Assembly: GCA_964620955.1 (NCBI GenBank)
Contig: CAZUKH010000001.1
Location: forward strand, 124,593-188,592
DNA length: 64,000 nucleotides
Reading direction: 5' to 3'
Source: an uncultured Candidatus Saccharibacteria bacterium
GTDB taxonomy: Bacteria; Patescibacteriota; Dojkabacteria; J137
Shown here: positions 31,101 to 40,674 of the stretch, piece by piece
Position numbering within the stretch: the first letter of the stretch is position 1
Layout of the letters: each line of letters begins with the position of its first letter
The notes under the pieces: model-generated
What the model was told of the DNA's origin: nothing
Database searches by the model: none
What the model saw: the letters and a program-made list of their open reading frames with translations, nothing else
Position numbers and translations under genes: made by a program

Positions 31101-31781
31101 ATGAAAAAATTATTTTGGAAAATTGTAAAGTGGTTTTCAATAATTACTTACCCTGTTTTGCTTTCAGTATTAATTGCAGTGGGTTTTTTGCTTTGGCAAA
31201 AAGAAAGGCAAATATCTGAATCTTTAACAACTTACAAACAAATGTATTCGGAACAATCCATACCTGGTGAACCTAAAAACGATATTTCATCTGCAATAAA
31301 AGATGTTAAAGATAACATTGTTTCAAATTTATATAAAGAAATAAGCAATTTAAACTCAGAAATAGACTCTTTAAATGGAATGATCGAAAGCGCTGAAAAA
31401 GAGGGTTACGGAGAAATTAGAGGAAGCATTTTACCTTTTGTATCAAATGAGTTTGGGCTAGATCAGTACCAAAGAGTATGTGCACAAGAAGTAGATAACT
31501 TAAATAAGCAGTTTTGCGTTTCTGTTTCTGCAATTAAAAAAGACTATGCATTGGCAGTACCCGCTGGGAGTTATTACGTTTACGCTCAAATACAAAATGC
31601 CTCTGATGACACCTTTAAAGCTTACTACACTGAGTTTGTTCAGTGTTCAAGATCTGAGGCAGATAATTGCGGAGCTGCTCTTTCAGACAAAAATCTTATT
31701 GTAAATGTGGAGCCAAGTCAGGTTGTAACCCAAATCGACCCTATAGACTGGAAAGACAGCCTCAAAAGTAAGGAAAATTAA
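31101..31781 (+). CDS. Hypothetical membrane-anchored protein with coiled coil and four-Cys extracellular domain
   Basis: N-terminal TM; RVCAQ..FCV..VPAGSYYVYA..QC..C..IDPIDW. Confidence 0.7.
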   Translation: MKKLFWKIVKWFSIITYPVLLSVLIAVGFLLWQKERQISESLTTYKQMYSEQSIPGEPKNDISSAIKDVKDNIVSNLYKEISNLNSEIDSLNGMIESAEKEGYGEIRGSILPFVSNEFGLDQYQRVCAQEVDNLNKQFCVSVSAIKKDYALAVPAGSYYVYAQIQNASDDTFKAYYTEFVQCSRSEADNCGAALSDKNLIVNVEPSQVVTQIDPIDWKDSLKSKEN

Positions 31782-31999
31782 AAAAAACCAACACTTTTAA
31801 AAAAATTTTAGTATAATTGCTTTACGATTTTGATGGTATTTGCTATCATCATTTGCATGCAAAACGCAGTTGTCTATAAGCAAAACAGTCAATTATAAGT
31901 ACAGGTAACAATAATCGCACTTTGAGGCGATTTTTTGCGTTTAAATAGATTACTGTGTTGAGCAAACAAGGTATTTTACTTTTTTTACCTATATTTTTG

Positions 32000-34900
32000 A
32001 TGACCCCTCCAAAGAGAATTAATCTTACCAAAAGGCCAGTAGAGGTATTGGATATTGACTTTCTGGAATCACAAAAGCGTTTTTTCGCTGAATTTATAAC
32101 AACAGGTTTTGATGATCTGTTTGATGAAATAAACCCTATTGAGGACTATACCTCCTCGAGTTGGTCTTTAGAATTTGAAGATGTAACTTGGGAAGAACCA
32201 AAACTAGGCTTCAGAGAAGCACAAATGCTCGGCCTTTCCCATGATGCACCTGTATTTGTAAACGTAAAACTTGTTAATAAAAGATCTGGCGAAATTAAAA
32301 AACAAAAAATTTTCTTGTGCGATATGCCATTAATGAGTAACCGGGCATCTTTTATGGTAAATGGTAATGAACGAGTGGTTGTATTTCAAATTATGAGGTC
32401 AGAAGGTTTACTATTTTCTGAATCAAAAAGCTCTACTCCACTAAAGAAGATTTATTCGGTCAAATTAATGCCAAACAGAGGTAAATGGTACGAGTTTGAA
32501 ATGAACAAATACGGAGTTATGAGTGTAAAACTGTTAGAAAAAAGACCTCGAATTCTTTTAACAACACTTATAAGAGCATTTGGGTATAGCTCCAATGCTG
32601 AAATTAAAAAACTTTTAGAAAAATATGATACTGGTGAAGTAAAGTATTTAGATCAAACACTTAAAAAAGACCCTACTAAATCAACTGAAGAGGCCTTAAT
32701 AGAAATTTATAGAAAACTAAGACCTGAAGATTCAATTACACTTGAAAATGCAAGAAATTTTATTGAAAACATTTTCTTTAACAAAAGAAGGTTTTATCTT
32801 GGAAAGATCGGAAGGTACAAGCTTAATCAAAAATTAGGTATTAAAGAGGATATAACTATAAATGATTATTTACTAAAAAAGCGAGATGTGATCGAAATTA
32901 TTAGGTCACTAATACAGTTGAATAATGGTCAAATGCAGCCAGATGACATAGACAGCCTTGGAAACAGAAGAATAAGAGTTATTAACGAAATTATAGCCGA
33001 AAAAATTCGAGTAGGAATGTTAATAATGGAAAAAAATATTAGAGATAGAATGAGCACTTTTTCAACTGATGAAAAGGTTACGCCAGCTATGCTGGTGAAC
33101 ACCAAGCCAATAATAGCTGCAATAAATCAATTTTTTGGAAGTTCTGCATTACTAAGATATTTAGACCAAGAAAATATTCTTTCTGAAATAGAAGCTAAAA
33201 GAAAAGTTACAGCAGGAGGCCCAAGGGGATTGACTAAAGAAAGGGCAACATTCTCTGTAAGAGATGTTCACGAATCGCACTACTCAAGACTTTGTCCTGT
33301 AACCACGCCAGAAGGACCAAATGTTGGAATGGTTAATCAGCTTGCTGTTTACTCACGAATAAATGATTTTGGGTTTTTGGAGGCTCCTTACTTTAAAGTG
33401 AGAACCAGGTTTATTATTGGCAAAGACAAAATAGAAGACTACTCAAACAGAATATTAAGAAATGACGTCGAAGGAGTTGGAAAGAAAGGAGATAGAATTA
33501 CAAAACAGTTAGTTGACAAAGCAGAAAAGAAATCAATGGAAGAACTACCTGTAGTTCCTTTTGTAACAAGTGAAATTGTTTACATGGATTCCGATACTGA
33601 AGCAGAATACAAAATTGCACCTTTTAGCACAGCACTTGACCAAGATAACAACATTACTGTAGATAAAACTTACATTAGGTACAGTAAGGACTACATTACT
33701 GCTGATATTTCAGAAATTGAATTTATGGATTTATCACCTGCACAAATTGCAGGACTGGGACTATCATTAATTCCTTTTGCTGGAAACGATGACCCTGCAA
33801 GGACCTTTTATGGGGCAAAAACACAAAACCAAGCAGTTCCTTTAATTAAGAATGAATCACCAGTAATTGGCACTGGTTTTGAAAAACAAGCAGCAAAAGC
33901 AAGTGGACGAAGTGTACTTGCTGAAGCAGATGGCGTTGTGACATATGCAGATGCCCAAAAAGTAGAAGTTGAATACACACAAGGTAAAAATAAAAGAAAG
34001 CAGGTTTACGAAGTTGAAAAATTTATTAGAACCAACCAAAACACTTGTTTCAGCCAAAAGAACTTTCTTTCTATTGGTGAAAAGTTTAAAAAAGGAGATG
34101 TAATTATTGATGGACCTTGTATGGATGCTGGAGAGTTGGCGCTTGGGGTTAACCTAAGAGTAGCTTATATGAACTGGGATGGTTTTAACTATGAAGATGG
34201 AATAGTTATCAATGACAGACTAATTAAAGAAGATTTACTCACTTCTGTGCATATTCACGAATATACACAAGAGGTAAGAGAAACAAAATTAGGCAATGAG
34301 ATTGTAACACAAGATATACCTGGTGTTGGTGAACATGCCTTAAGGCATCTTGATCAAGATGGGGTTGTAAGAATAGGTGCAAACGTTAATGCAAACGATA
34401 TATTAGTAGGAATAATTGCGCCTAAAGGTGAAAGTGAGCTCACAGCAGAAGAAAAACTATTGAGAGCAATCTTTGGAGAATATGCTCGGGATGTGCGTGA
34501 CAACTCATTAAGAATGCCCCACGGTGAAAAGGGTGTTGTAATAGGTGTACAGGTACTTGATAGAACTGAAGGTGCAAAGCTAAACCCAGGGGTTTTAAAG
34601 CAAATTAAAGTTTGGGTAGCAAGAACACATAAAATTTCTATTGGAGATAAGCTTACTGGTTATCATGGAGAAAAAGGGCTTATTGCTAAAGTTGTTCCGG
34701 AAGCAGACATGCCTTTCACAACAGACGGACATGCTGTTGATGTTATTCTAGGTCCTGCATCTATGATTAGAAGAATGAACCTTGGACAGCTTATAGAAAC
34801 ACATATTGGTTCTCTTGCTCATAAACTAGGCGTGAAAGTTGAGGTTCAGCCTTTTTCTGAATACTCTATTGATCCTTTGTTAGAATTAGCTAAAAAACAA

Positions 34901-35413
34901 GGTATTGATTATGAAGAAAAAGTTGATTTATTTGATGGGCGAACAGGTAAGAAATATGACCAAAAAGTCACAGTTGGGACAAAGTACATTCTAAAACTTG
35001 ATCACCTTGCAGATCATAAGGTACATGCAAGATCGACTGGCCCATATACTCTTGTTACTCAGCAACCACTAAGGGGTAAAGCACAAATGGGTGGGCAAAG
35101 ACTTGGAGAAATGGAAGTATGGGCATTGCAAGCACACGCTGTTCCTAACCTATTGCATGAAATGTTAACAATCAAATCAGACGATGTAGTTGGTAGAGCC
35201 GCAGCATACAAAGCAATAATTTCAGGCCAACCTATAAAAGCACCTACAATTCCTGAGTCGTTTAATGTTTTAGACAAAGAACTTGCTGGGCTAGGTATTA
35301 AATTGGACAAGATTAATGCCGAATACGACTATGAGAGAGCCGACATGGCACTTGAAGAAATAATTGATGCTGTTGATGCTATTCCTGTAGAAGAAAAAGG
35401 GCCAGGTAATTAA
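32000..35413 (+). CDS. rpoB: DNA-directed RNA polymerase subunit beta
   Basis: VNGNERVVV, DDIDSLGNRRIR, RDVH..CPVTTPEGPN, NYEDGI, HARSTGPY, GGQRLGEMEVW; start placed at ATG 32000. Confidence 0.98.
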   Translation: MTPPKRINLTKRPVEVLDIDFLESQKRFFAEFITTGFDDLFDEINPIEDYTSSSWSLEFEDVTWEEPKLGFREAQMLGLSHDAPVFVNVKLVNKRSGEIKKQKIFLCDMPLMSNRASFMVNGNERVVVFQIMRSEGLLFSESKSSTPLKKIYSVKLMPNRGKWYEFEMNKYGVMSVKLLEKRPRILLTTLIRAFGYSSNAEIKKLLEKYDTGEVKYLDQTLKKDPTKSTEEALIEIYRKLRPEDSITLENARNFIENIFFNKRRFYLGKIGRYKLNQKLGIKEDITINDYLLKKRDVIEIIRSLIQLNNGQMQPDDIDSLGNRRIRVINEIIAEKIRVGMLIMEKNIRDRMSTFSTDEKVTPAMLVNTKPIIAAINQFFGSSALLRYLDQENILSEIEAKRKVTAGGPRGLTKERATFSVRDVHESHYSRLCPVTTPEGPNVGMVNQLAVYSRINDFGFLEAPYFKVRTRFIIGKDKIEDYSNRILRNDVEGVGKKGDRITKQLVDKAEKKSMEELPVVPFVTSEIVYMDSDTEAEYKIAPFSTALDQDNNITVDKTYIRYSKDYITADISEIEFMDLSPAQIAGLGLSLIPFAGNDDPARTFYGAKTQNQAVPLIKNESPVIGTGFEKQAAKASGRSVLAEADGVVTYADAQKVEVEYTQGKNKRKQVYEVEKFIRTNQNTCFSQKNFLSIGEKFKKGDVIIDGPCMDAGELALGVNLRVAYMNWDGFNYEDGIVINDRLIKEDLLTSVHIHEYTQEVRETKLGNEIVTQDIPGVGEHALRHLDQDGVVRIGANVNANDILVGIIAPKGESELTAEEKLLRAIFGEYARDVRDNSLRMPHGEKGVVIGVQVLDRTEGAKLNPGVLKQIKVWVARTHKISIGDKLTGYHGEKGLIAKVVPEADMPFTTDGHAVDVILGPASMIRRMNLGQLIETHIGSLAHKLGVKVEVQPFSEYSIDPLLELAKKQGIDYEEKVDLFDGRTGKKYDQKVTVGTKYILKLDHLADHKVHARSTGPYTLVTQQPLRGKAQMGGQRLGEMEVWALQAHAVPNLLHEMLTIKSDDVVGRAAAYKAIISGQPIKAPTIPESFNVLDKELAGLGIKLDKINAEYDYERADMALEEIIDAVDAIPVEEKGPGN

Positions 35414-35453
35414 AATTTTAGTTAACTAGTAAAATAAATTTTAAACTTAATTT

Positions 35454-38400
35454 ATGTTAAAAGATTTTAATGCAGTAAGAATAACTGTTGCATCACCTCA
35501 GGATATTCTTAACTGGTCTCACGGTGAAATTACTAAGGCAGAGACAATAAACTACCGAACTTTCAGGGCCGAGCCAGGAGGGTTGATGGCCGAAGAAATC
35601 TTTGGCCCTACTAAAGACTTCGAGTGTTACTGTGGAAAGTATAAAAAGATTCGATATAAAGGAATTGTTTGTGATAGATGCGGAGTTGAGGTAACACACA
35701 AAAGAGTAAGAAGAGAAAGAATGGGGCATATTAAACTTAGTGCACCAGTTACACATGTATGGTATGCAAATGGCGTTCCTAACAGACTTGCAGTAATTTT
35801 AGATATTCCTCAAAAAAAACTTGAAACTGTAATCTATTACGCACGATATGTAGTAACAGGAGTAAATGACGATGAACAGCAAAAGGCAATTGAAAGTCTT
35901 AAAGACCTGAAAGCTAACGAAATAAAAGAAATGGATGCAGAGCTTGAAACGAAAATTGTAGAAATCAATAACGAATTTAAAGAAAAAAGATCCGATGCAG
36001 AAAAAGAAAACGCCAAGGATAAAAAGAAATTGAGCCTACAGCTTGAAAGAATAGCGCAAAATGAAAAATCGGAAGTTGCAAGAGTTAAAGCTGCATTCAA
36101 ACAAAGAATGGACAATTTGGATAAAAAGTTTGCTGATTTAAAAAATCTTATAAAAGATATCAAAGTCGGCTTTACCCTATCTGAAGAAGAACATTCGCTA
36201 ATGGAAGAGTATGATTTCTTCTTTTATGATGCTGGCATGGGTGCAGAAGCAATGAAGCAACTTTTAGAAAAACTTAATATTGAAAAAGAACTTGAAGGAC
36301 TTGAAGAAACATTAAAAGCAAGTAAGTCACAGCTAAAAAAATCAAAACTGGTTCAAAGACTGAGAGTACTAAAAGGAATTTTGAAGTCTGGGATCAGGCC
36401 TGAGTGGCTTGTTTTAGATGTTTTACCTGTAATACCACCAGATTTAAGACCAATAATCCAATTGCCTGGAGGAAGATTTGCAACTTATGACTTAAACGAT
36501 CTTTATAGAAGAGTTATTAACAGAAATAACCGATTAAGAAGACTTATTAATCTTGGAGCGCCTGAAATCATTTTGCGAAATGAAAAAAGAATGCTCCAGG
36601 AATCAGTAGATTCGCTTTTAGATAACAATCATAAACCAGGTGCTCCAGCATTAAACACAAGGGGGATGCCTTTCAAATCACTATCTGACATGCTTAGAGG
36701 CAAGCAAGGTAGATTTAGACAAAACCTTCTTGGAAAACGTGTTGACTACTCGGGAAGAGCTGTAATTGTAGCTGGTCCTGACCTTAGGTTTGATCAATGC
36801 GGCTTACCTAAAAATATTGCATTAGAGCTTTTCAGACCTTTTATTATTAGAGAATTAATTGGCAGAGGCCATGCGGCAAACCCAACAAGGGCTAAAGTGA
36901 TTTTTGAAGAAAAAGACACAATTGTATGGGATATTCTTGATGATGTAATAGTTGACAGGCCAGTACTTTTGAATAGGGCTCCATCTTTGCACAGATACTC
37001 AATACTTGCCTTCTACCCTGTTTTAATAGAAGGTAATGCTATTCGCTTACATCCGATGGTTTGCCAAGGTTTCAACGCAGACTTTGATGGAGACCAAATG
37101 GCTGTACATCTTCCATTGTCAGATGCTGCTGTAGTAGAAGTAAAAGAAAGAATGTTCGCTAAAGATAATATGTTGTCGTTAAGAGACGCAACTCCAATAG
37201 TAAACGTTTCTAAAGATATGGCTATGGGAGTTTACTTCCTAACCTTAATGCAAGGTAGTGAAAAAGAGGCGAAAAGAGCCTTTGGTTCGACTGAAGAACT
37301 TTTAACTGCATATAACATTGGAACTATAAAATTTTACGAGCCTATAAAACTGTTGAGAGATGAAAAGGTTTTAACAACCACAGTTGGTAGAGTAATTTTT
37401 AATAGCATATTGCCTGAAGGATTTGAATTTATAAACAAAGCTATGAGCAAATCCGATGTGTCAAAGCTATCCGCAAGAATTTTTAGAGACTATGGACGTG
37501 AAGATGCAATAAAATCACTTGATAGCATTAAAGACCTCGGTTTCGAATATGCTACAAAGCTTGGGTTCTCAATTTCAATGGGCGAGTTCCGATTTGGCGC
37601 AGGCGAAATCACAGGTAAAGAACTATCAGACTTTGATCAAAAAGAAAAAGAGTTGCTAAACGAATACTATGACGGAATGATTACCCGCAATGAGTTAAAA
37701 AGACTAAAACGAGATTTATGGTCAGAATTTACCGACAAAATTCAAGAAGAAGTTTGGGAAAAAGCAAGAGTGGCTGATGCATCTTGGAACCTTGTGGAGC
37801 TTAATAATTCGGGAGCAGTTCCAGTTAGCTCATGGGTTAAACAAATTTCCGGAGTTAGAGGTTCTGTATCAAATATGGATGGTGAGGTTGTAGGATTACC
37901 TTTAAGAAACAACTATGAAAAAGGTTTAAGTAACATTGAATACTTTGTAGCAGCTAAAGCTGTAAGAAAATCATTTGCTGATGTTGCGCTTAAAACAGCT
38001 GAGTCTGGTTACCTTACAAGAAGGCTGGTTGATGTTTCACAAGACTTAATTACTAAAGTAGAAGACTGTGGCACACAGGAAGGGTTAATAGTAAAAAGAG
38101 ACGCGCCAAGACAAATGGCTTTTGAGAACAGAATAAGGGGTAGATTTACTACAAAAGCTGTTAAAGATGCAAAAGGAAAAGTCTTGGTAGATAAGGGTGA
38201 ACCAATAACAGTAGACTTGGCTTCAAAAATTGCGGCAGATGAGTCAATTACTGAAGTTGAACTAAGAAGCCCTCTTAAATGTAGAGTGTCACATGGGTTG
38301 TGCCAAAAATGTTATGGATTTGATAATGGCACAGGAGAAATAGTCAAAATTGGAGAAGCCGTAGGTATTATTGCTGCCCAGGCACTTGGAGAACCAACAA

Positions 38401-39401
38401 CTCAGTTAACTCTTAAAAGTAAATCTGACGCTAGAGCATCAAAATCTGACGTTACACAAGGTTTGCCAAGAGTAGAAGAACTTTTAGAAGCAAGGACACC
38501 AAAAGCTCTGGCTCAGCTTGCTGACGCTGATGGGACAGTAAGTATAATTGAAGACAAAAAGCATATTATTATTAGGATAAATGCAAAGCAAACCTTTGAA
38601 AAAGAATATAAATTAGTTGAAACAGACACTGTAACAGTAAAATCGGGAGCTAAAGTTGAACAGGGCCAAACAATCATTGTTAAGTCCGACAAAACAGAAA
38701 TTCGTGCATCTTCAGATGGAAAGGTGAAAATTGCAGATGGTAAAGTAATAATTGAAACTGTTAAAAATGTTGAGTATGAAAGATATGCGAATGATCCATC
38801 TGACATCATTGTTAAAGATGGTGCTAAAGTCAAAAAAGGTGATGAGCTAACACATGGATCTATTGATCCTAAAGAGCTTGCACGGTTAAGAAGTATTGAT
38901 GAAGCGCAAGCATACATAATTGCTGGGGTACAGTCTGTATATGGCATTCAAGGTCTTGAAGTTGATGACAGGCACCTTGAAATAGTTGCGCGACAAATGT
39001 CACGTTATGCTTTAATTAACGATAATGGTGGCAGTCAAGAGTTCCTTCCTGGAGATTACGCTGACATTATTGATATTGAAGTTGAAAACCTTGAACTTGA
39101 AAAAGCAGGTAAATCCCTAATTAAATACGAAAGAGTGCTATTAGGTGTTACAAATTCGTCAATAAGGACAGAAAGCTTCTTATCCGCAGCTTCATTTGAA
39201 CAGCAGGTTAGAGTTTTGACAGATGCAGCCTTGATTGGCAAGGTAGATCACTTGAGAGGACTAAAAGAGAATGTTATAATCGGCAGGCCAGTTCCTTTAG
39301 GAAAAATGCTTATAGAAAAGAATCCTGAAGAAATTGAAGTGGTTGAAGAGCAAATTAAGGTAATTGAAGAATCAGAAGGTCTAGTTAAAGCAGATTTATA
39401 A
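35454..39401 (+). CDS. rpoC: DNA-directed RNA polymerase subunit beta'
   Basis: CYCGKYK..CDRC, GKRVDYSGR, NADFDGDQM, SGYLTRRL, SAASF, GLKENVIIG. Confidence 0.98.
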   Translation: MLKDFNAVRITVASPQDILNWSHGEITKAETINYRTFRAEPGGLMAEEIFGPTKDFECYCGKYKKIRYKGIVCDRCGVEVTHKRVRRERMGHIKLSAPVTHVWYANGVPNRLAVILDIPQKKLETVIYYARYVVTGVNDDEQQKAIESLKDLKANEIKEMDAELETKIVEINNEFKEKRSDAEKENAKDKKKLSLQLERIAQNEKSEVARVKAAFKQRMDNLDKKFADLKNLIKDIKVGFTLSEEEHSLMEEYDFFFYDAGMGAEAMKQLLEKLNIEKELEGLEETLKASKSQLKKSKLVQRLRVLKGILKSGIRPEWLVLDVLPVIPPDLRPIIQLPGGRFATYDLNDLYRRVINRNNRLRRLINLGAPEIILRNEKRMLQESVDSLLDNNHKPGAPALNTRGMPFKSLSDMLRGKQGRFRQNLLGKRVDYSGRAVIVAGPDLRFDQCGLPKNIALELFRPFIIRELIGRGHAANPTRAKVIFEEKDTIVWDILDDVIVDRPVLLNRAPSLHRYSILAFYPVLIEGNAIRLHPMVCQGFNADFDGDQMAVHLPLSDAAVVEVKERMFAKDNMLSLRDATPIVNVSKDMAMGVYFLTLMQGSEKEAKRAFGSTEELLTAYNIGTIKFYEPIKLLRDEKVLTTTVGRVIFNSILPEGFEFINKAMSKSDVSKLSARIFRDYGREDAIKSLDSIKDLGFEYATKLGFSISMGEFRFGAGEITGKELSDFDQKEKELLNEYYDGMITRNELKRLKRDLWSEFTDKIQEEVWEKARVADASWNLVELNNSGAVPVSSWVKQISGVRGSVSNMDGEVVGLPLRNNYEKGLSNIEYFVAAKAVRKSFADVALKTAESGYLTRRLVDVSQDLITKVEDCGTQEGLIVKRDAPRQMAFENRIRGRFTTKAVKDAKGKVLVDKGEPITVDLASKIAADESITEVELRSPLKCRVSHGLCQKCYGFDNGTGEIVKIGEAVGIIAAQALGEPTTQLTLKSKSDARASKSDVTQGLPRVEELLEARTPKALAQLADADGTVSIIEDKKHIIIRINAKQTFEKEYKLVETDTVTVKSGAKVEQGQTIIVKSDKTEIRASSDGKVKIADGKVIIETVKNVEYERYANDPSDIIVKDGAKVKKGDELTHGSIDPKELARLRSIDEAQAYIIAGVQSVYGIQGLEVDDRHLEIVARQMSRYALINDNGGSQEFLPGDYADIIDIEVENLELEKAGKSLIKYERVLLGVTNSSIRTESFLSAASFEQQVRVLTDAALIGKVDHLRGLKENVIIGRPVPLGKMLIEKNPEEIEVVEEQIKVIEESEGLVKADL

Positions 39402-39415
39402 CTTATAGTTAAAAA

Positions 39416-39862
39416 ATGGCAAGAATATCACAATTAGTAAGAAAAGGTAGAAATCCTAAAAAGAAAATTACAAGATTTAAAGGGCTCTTAATGCCTCAAA
39501 AATCCAAGTACAAGGCGTTTAGGTTTAACTACAATGGAGTTAACAATGCTTTTTTTGAAAAACCAAATCCTTTAAAAAGAGGGGTTTGTGTTTCGGTAAA
39601 AACAATGACTCCAAGAAAACCAAACTCTGCATTACGAAAAATTGCAAGAGTTAGGCTTTCTAACAAACAAGTAATTACAGCCTACATACCAGGCGAGGGA
39701 CATAACCTTCAAGAGCACTCTGTTGTGCTTGTGCAAGCTGGTGGCAGGCCGGACTTACCTGGAGTTAGATATAGAGTAGTTAGAGGGGTTTACGATGCTG
39801 GTCCTGTTGAAGCAAGAAGACAAGGAAGAAGCAAGTACGGAAATAAAAAGCCAAAGAAGTAA
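39416..39862 (+). CDS. rpsL: 30S ribosomal protein S12
   Basis: [39 protein letters not shown]. Confidence 0.97.
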   Translation: MARISQLVRKGRNPKKKITRFKGLLMPQKSKYKAFRFNYNGVNNAFFEKPNPLKRGVCVSVKTMTPRKPNSALRKIARVRLSNKQVITAYIPGEGHNLQEHSVVLVQAGGRPDLPGVRYRVVRGVYDAGPVEARRQGRSKYGNKKPKK

Positions 39863-39875
39863 CAATAAAACATGA

Positions 39876-40157
39876 CAGCGCGGGACAATGGCTATTGTCC
39901 CGCGCTGGAGGAAGTATAAACTTCTATAAAAAAGTATCAGTGAACAAAAGTAATTGATACACTTGAGAAATTAAACTCAGTGTAACAACTGAGTTTTTTT
40001 ATTGTTCTACCGTAATACCCCTTGTGTAAGCAAGGAGGATGTAGGTGAATAAAAACAGTGCCGAAGGCATCTGATACAACAAAATACCATCCGGCGTAAG
40101 CCAGTGGTAGTTTATTTTTATTTATTAAAATGATACTAACTATTAAAAAGTAGTATC
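39876..40157 (+). ncRNA. Structured intercistronic RNA (multi-hairpin, attenuator-like) between rpsL and rpsG
   Basis: 14-bp perfect stem 39876-39907, overlapping hairpins 39934-40000 ending in a U-tract, GUAA-capped hairpins, GATACTA/TAGTATC stem before rpsG. Confidence 0.6.
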
Positions 40158-40167
40158 GGAAACTAAA

Positions 40168-40635
40168 ATGAGAGGAAAGCAGTCACCAAAACGAGTTATT
40201 GTAGCCGACGAAGTTTACAATAGCGTAACAGTTTCTAAATTTATAAATTATGTAATGCAAAGCGGTAAAAAAAATGCAGCAAGAAAAGCAGTTTATGGGG
40301 CAATTGAGGAATTAGGACAAAAAACTAAACTAAAGCCTGTTGAAGCTTTAGAAAAAGCAATTGAGAATGTAAAACCAAAAATTGAAGTTAGATCAAGAAG
40401 AGTTGGTGGTTCAAACTACCAGGTTCCTGTTCAAGTACCTGAAAACAGGCAAACAGCTCTTGCTTTTAGGTGGATTATTGACGCTGCAAGGTCTTCAAGA
40501 GGCTCCAGTGAGTTTTACAAAAGTCTTGCTAAAGAGCTTATAGCTGCTCTTAATAATGAAGGAAATGCAATTAAGAAGCGTGACGAGGTGAAGAGAATGG
40601 CAGATGCAAACAAAGCGTTTGCACAATTTGCCTAA
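40168..40635 (+). CDS. rpsG: 30S ribosomal protein S7
   Basis: KFINYVM..GKK, EVRSRRVGGSNYQVP, MADANKAFA. Confidence 0.97.
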   Translation: MRGKQSPKRVIVADEVYNSVTVSKFINYVMQSGKKNAARKAVYGAIEELGQKTKLKPVEALEKAIENVKPKIEVRSRRVGGSNYQVPVQVPENRQTALAFRWIIDAARSSRGSSEFYKSLAKELIAALNNEGNAIKKRDEVKRMADANKAFAQFA

Positions 40636-40674
40636 AACAAATGCTACTTAAACCGGACTATATTATAATAAAGA

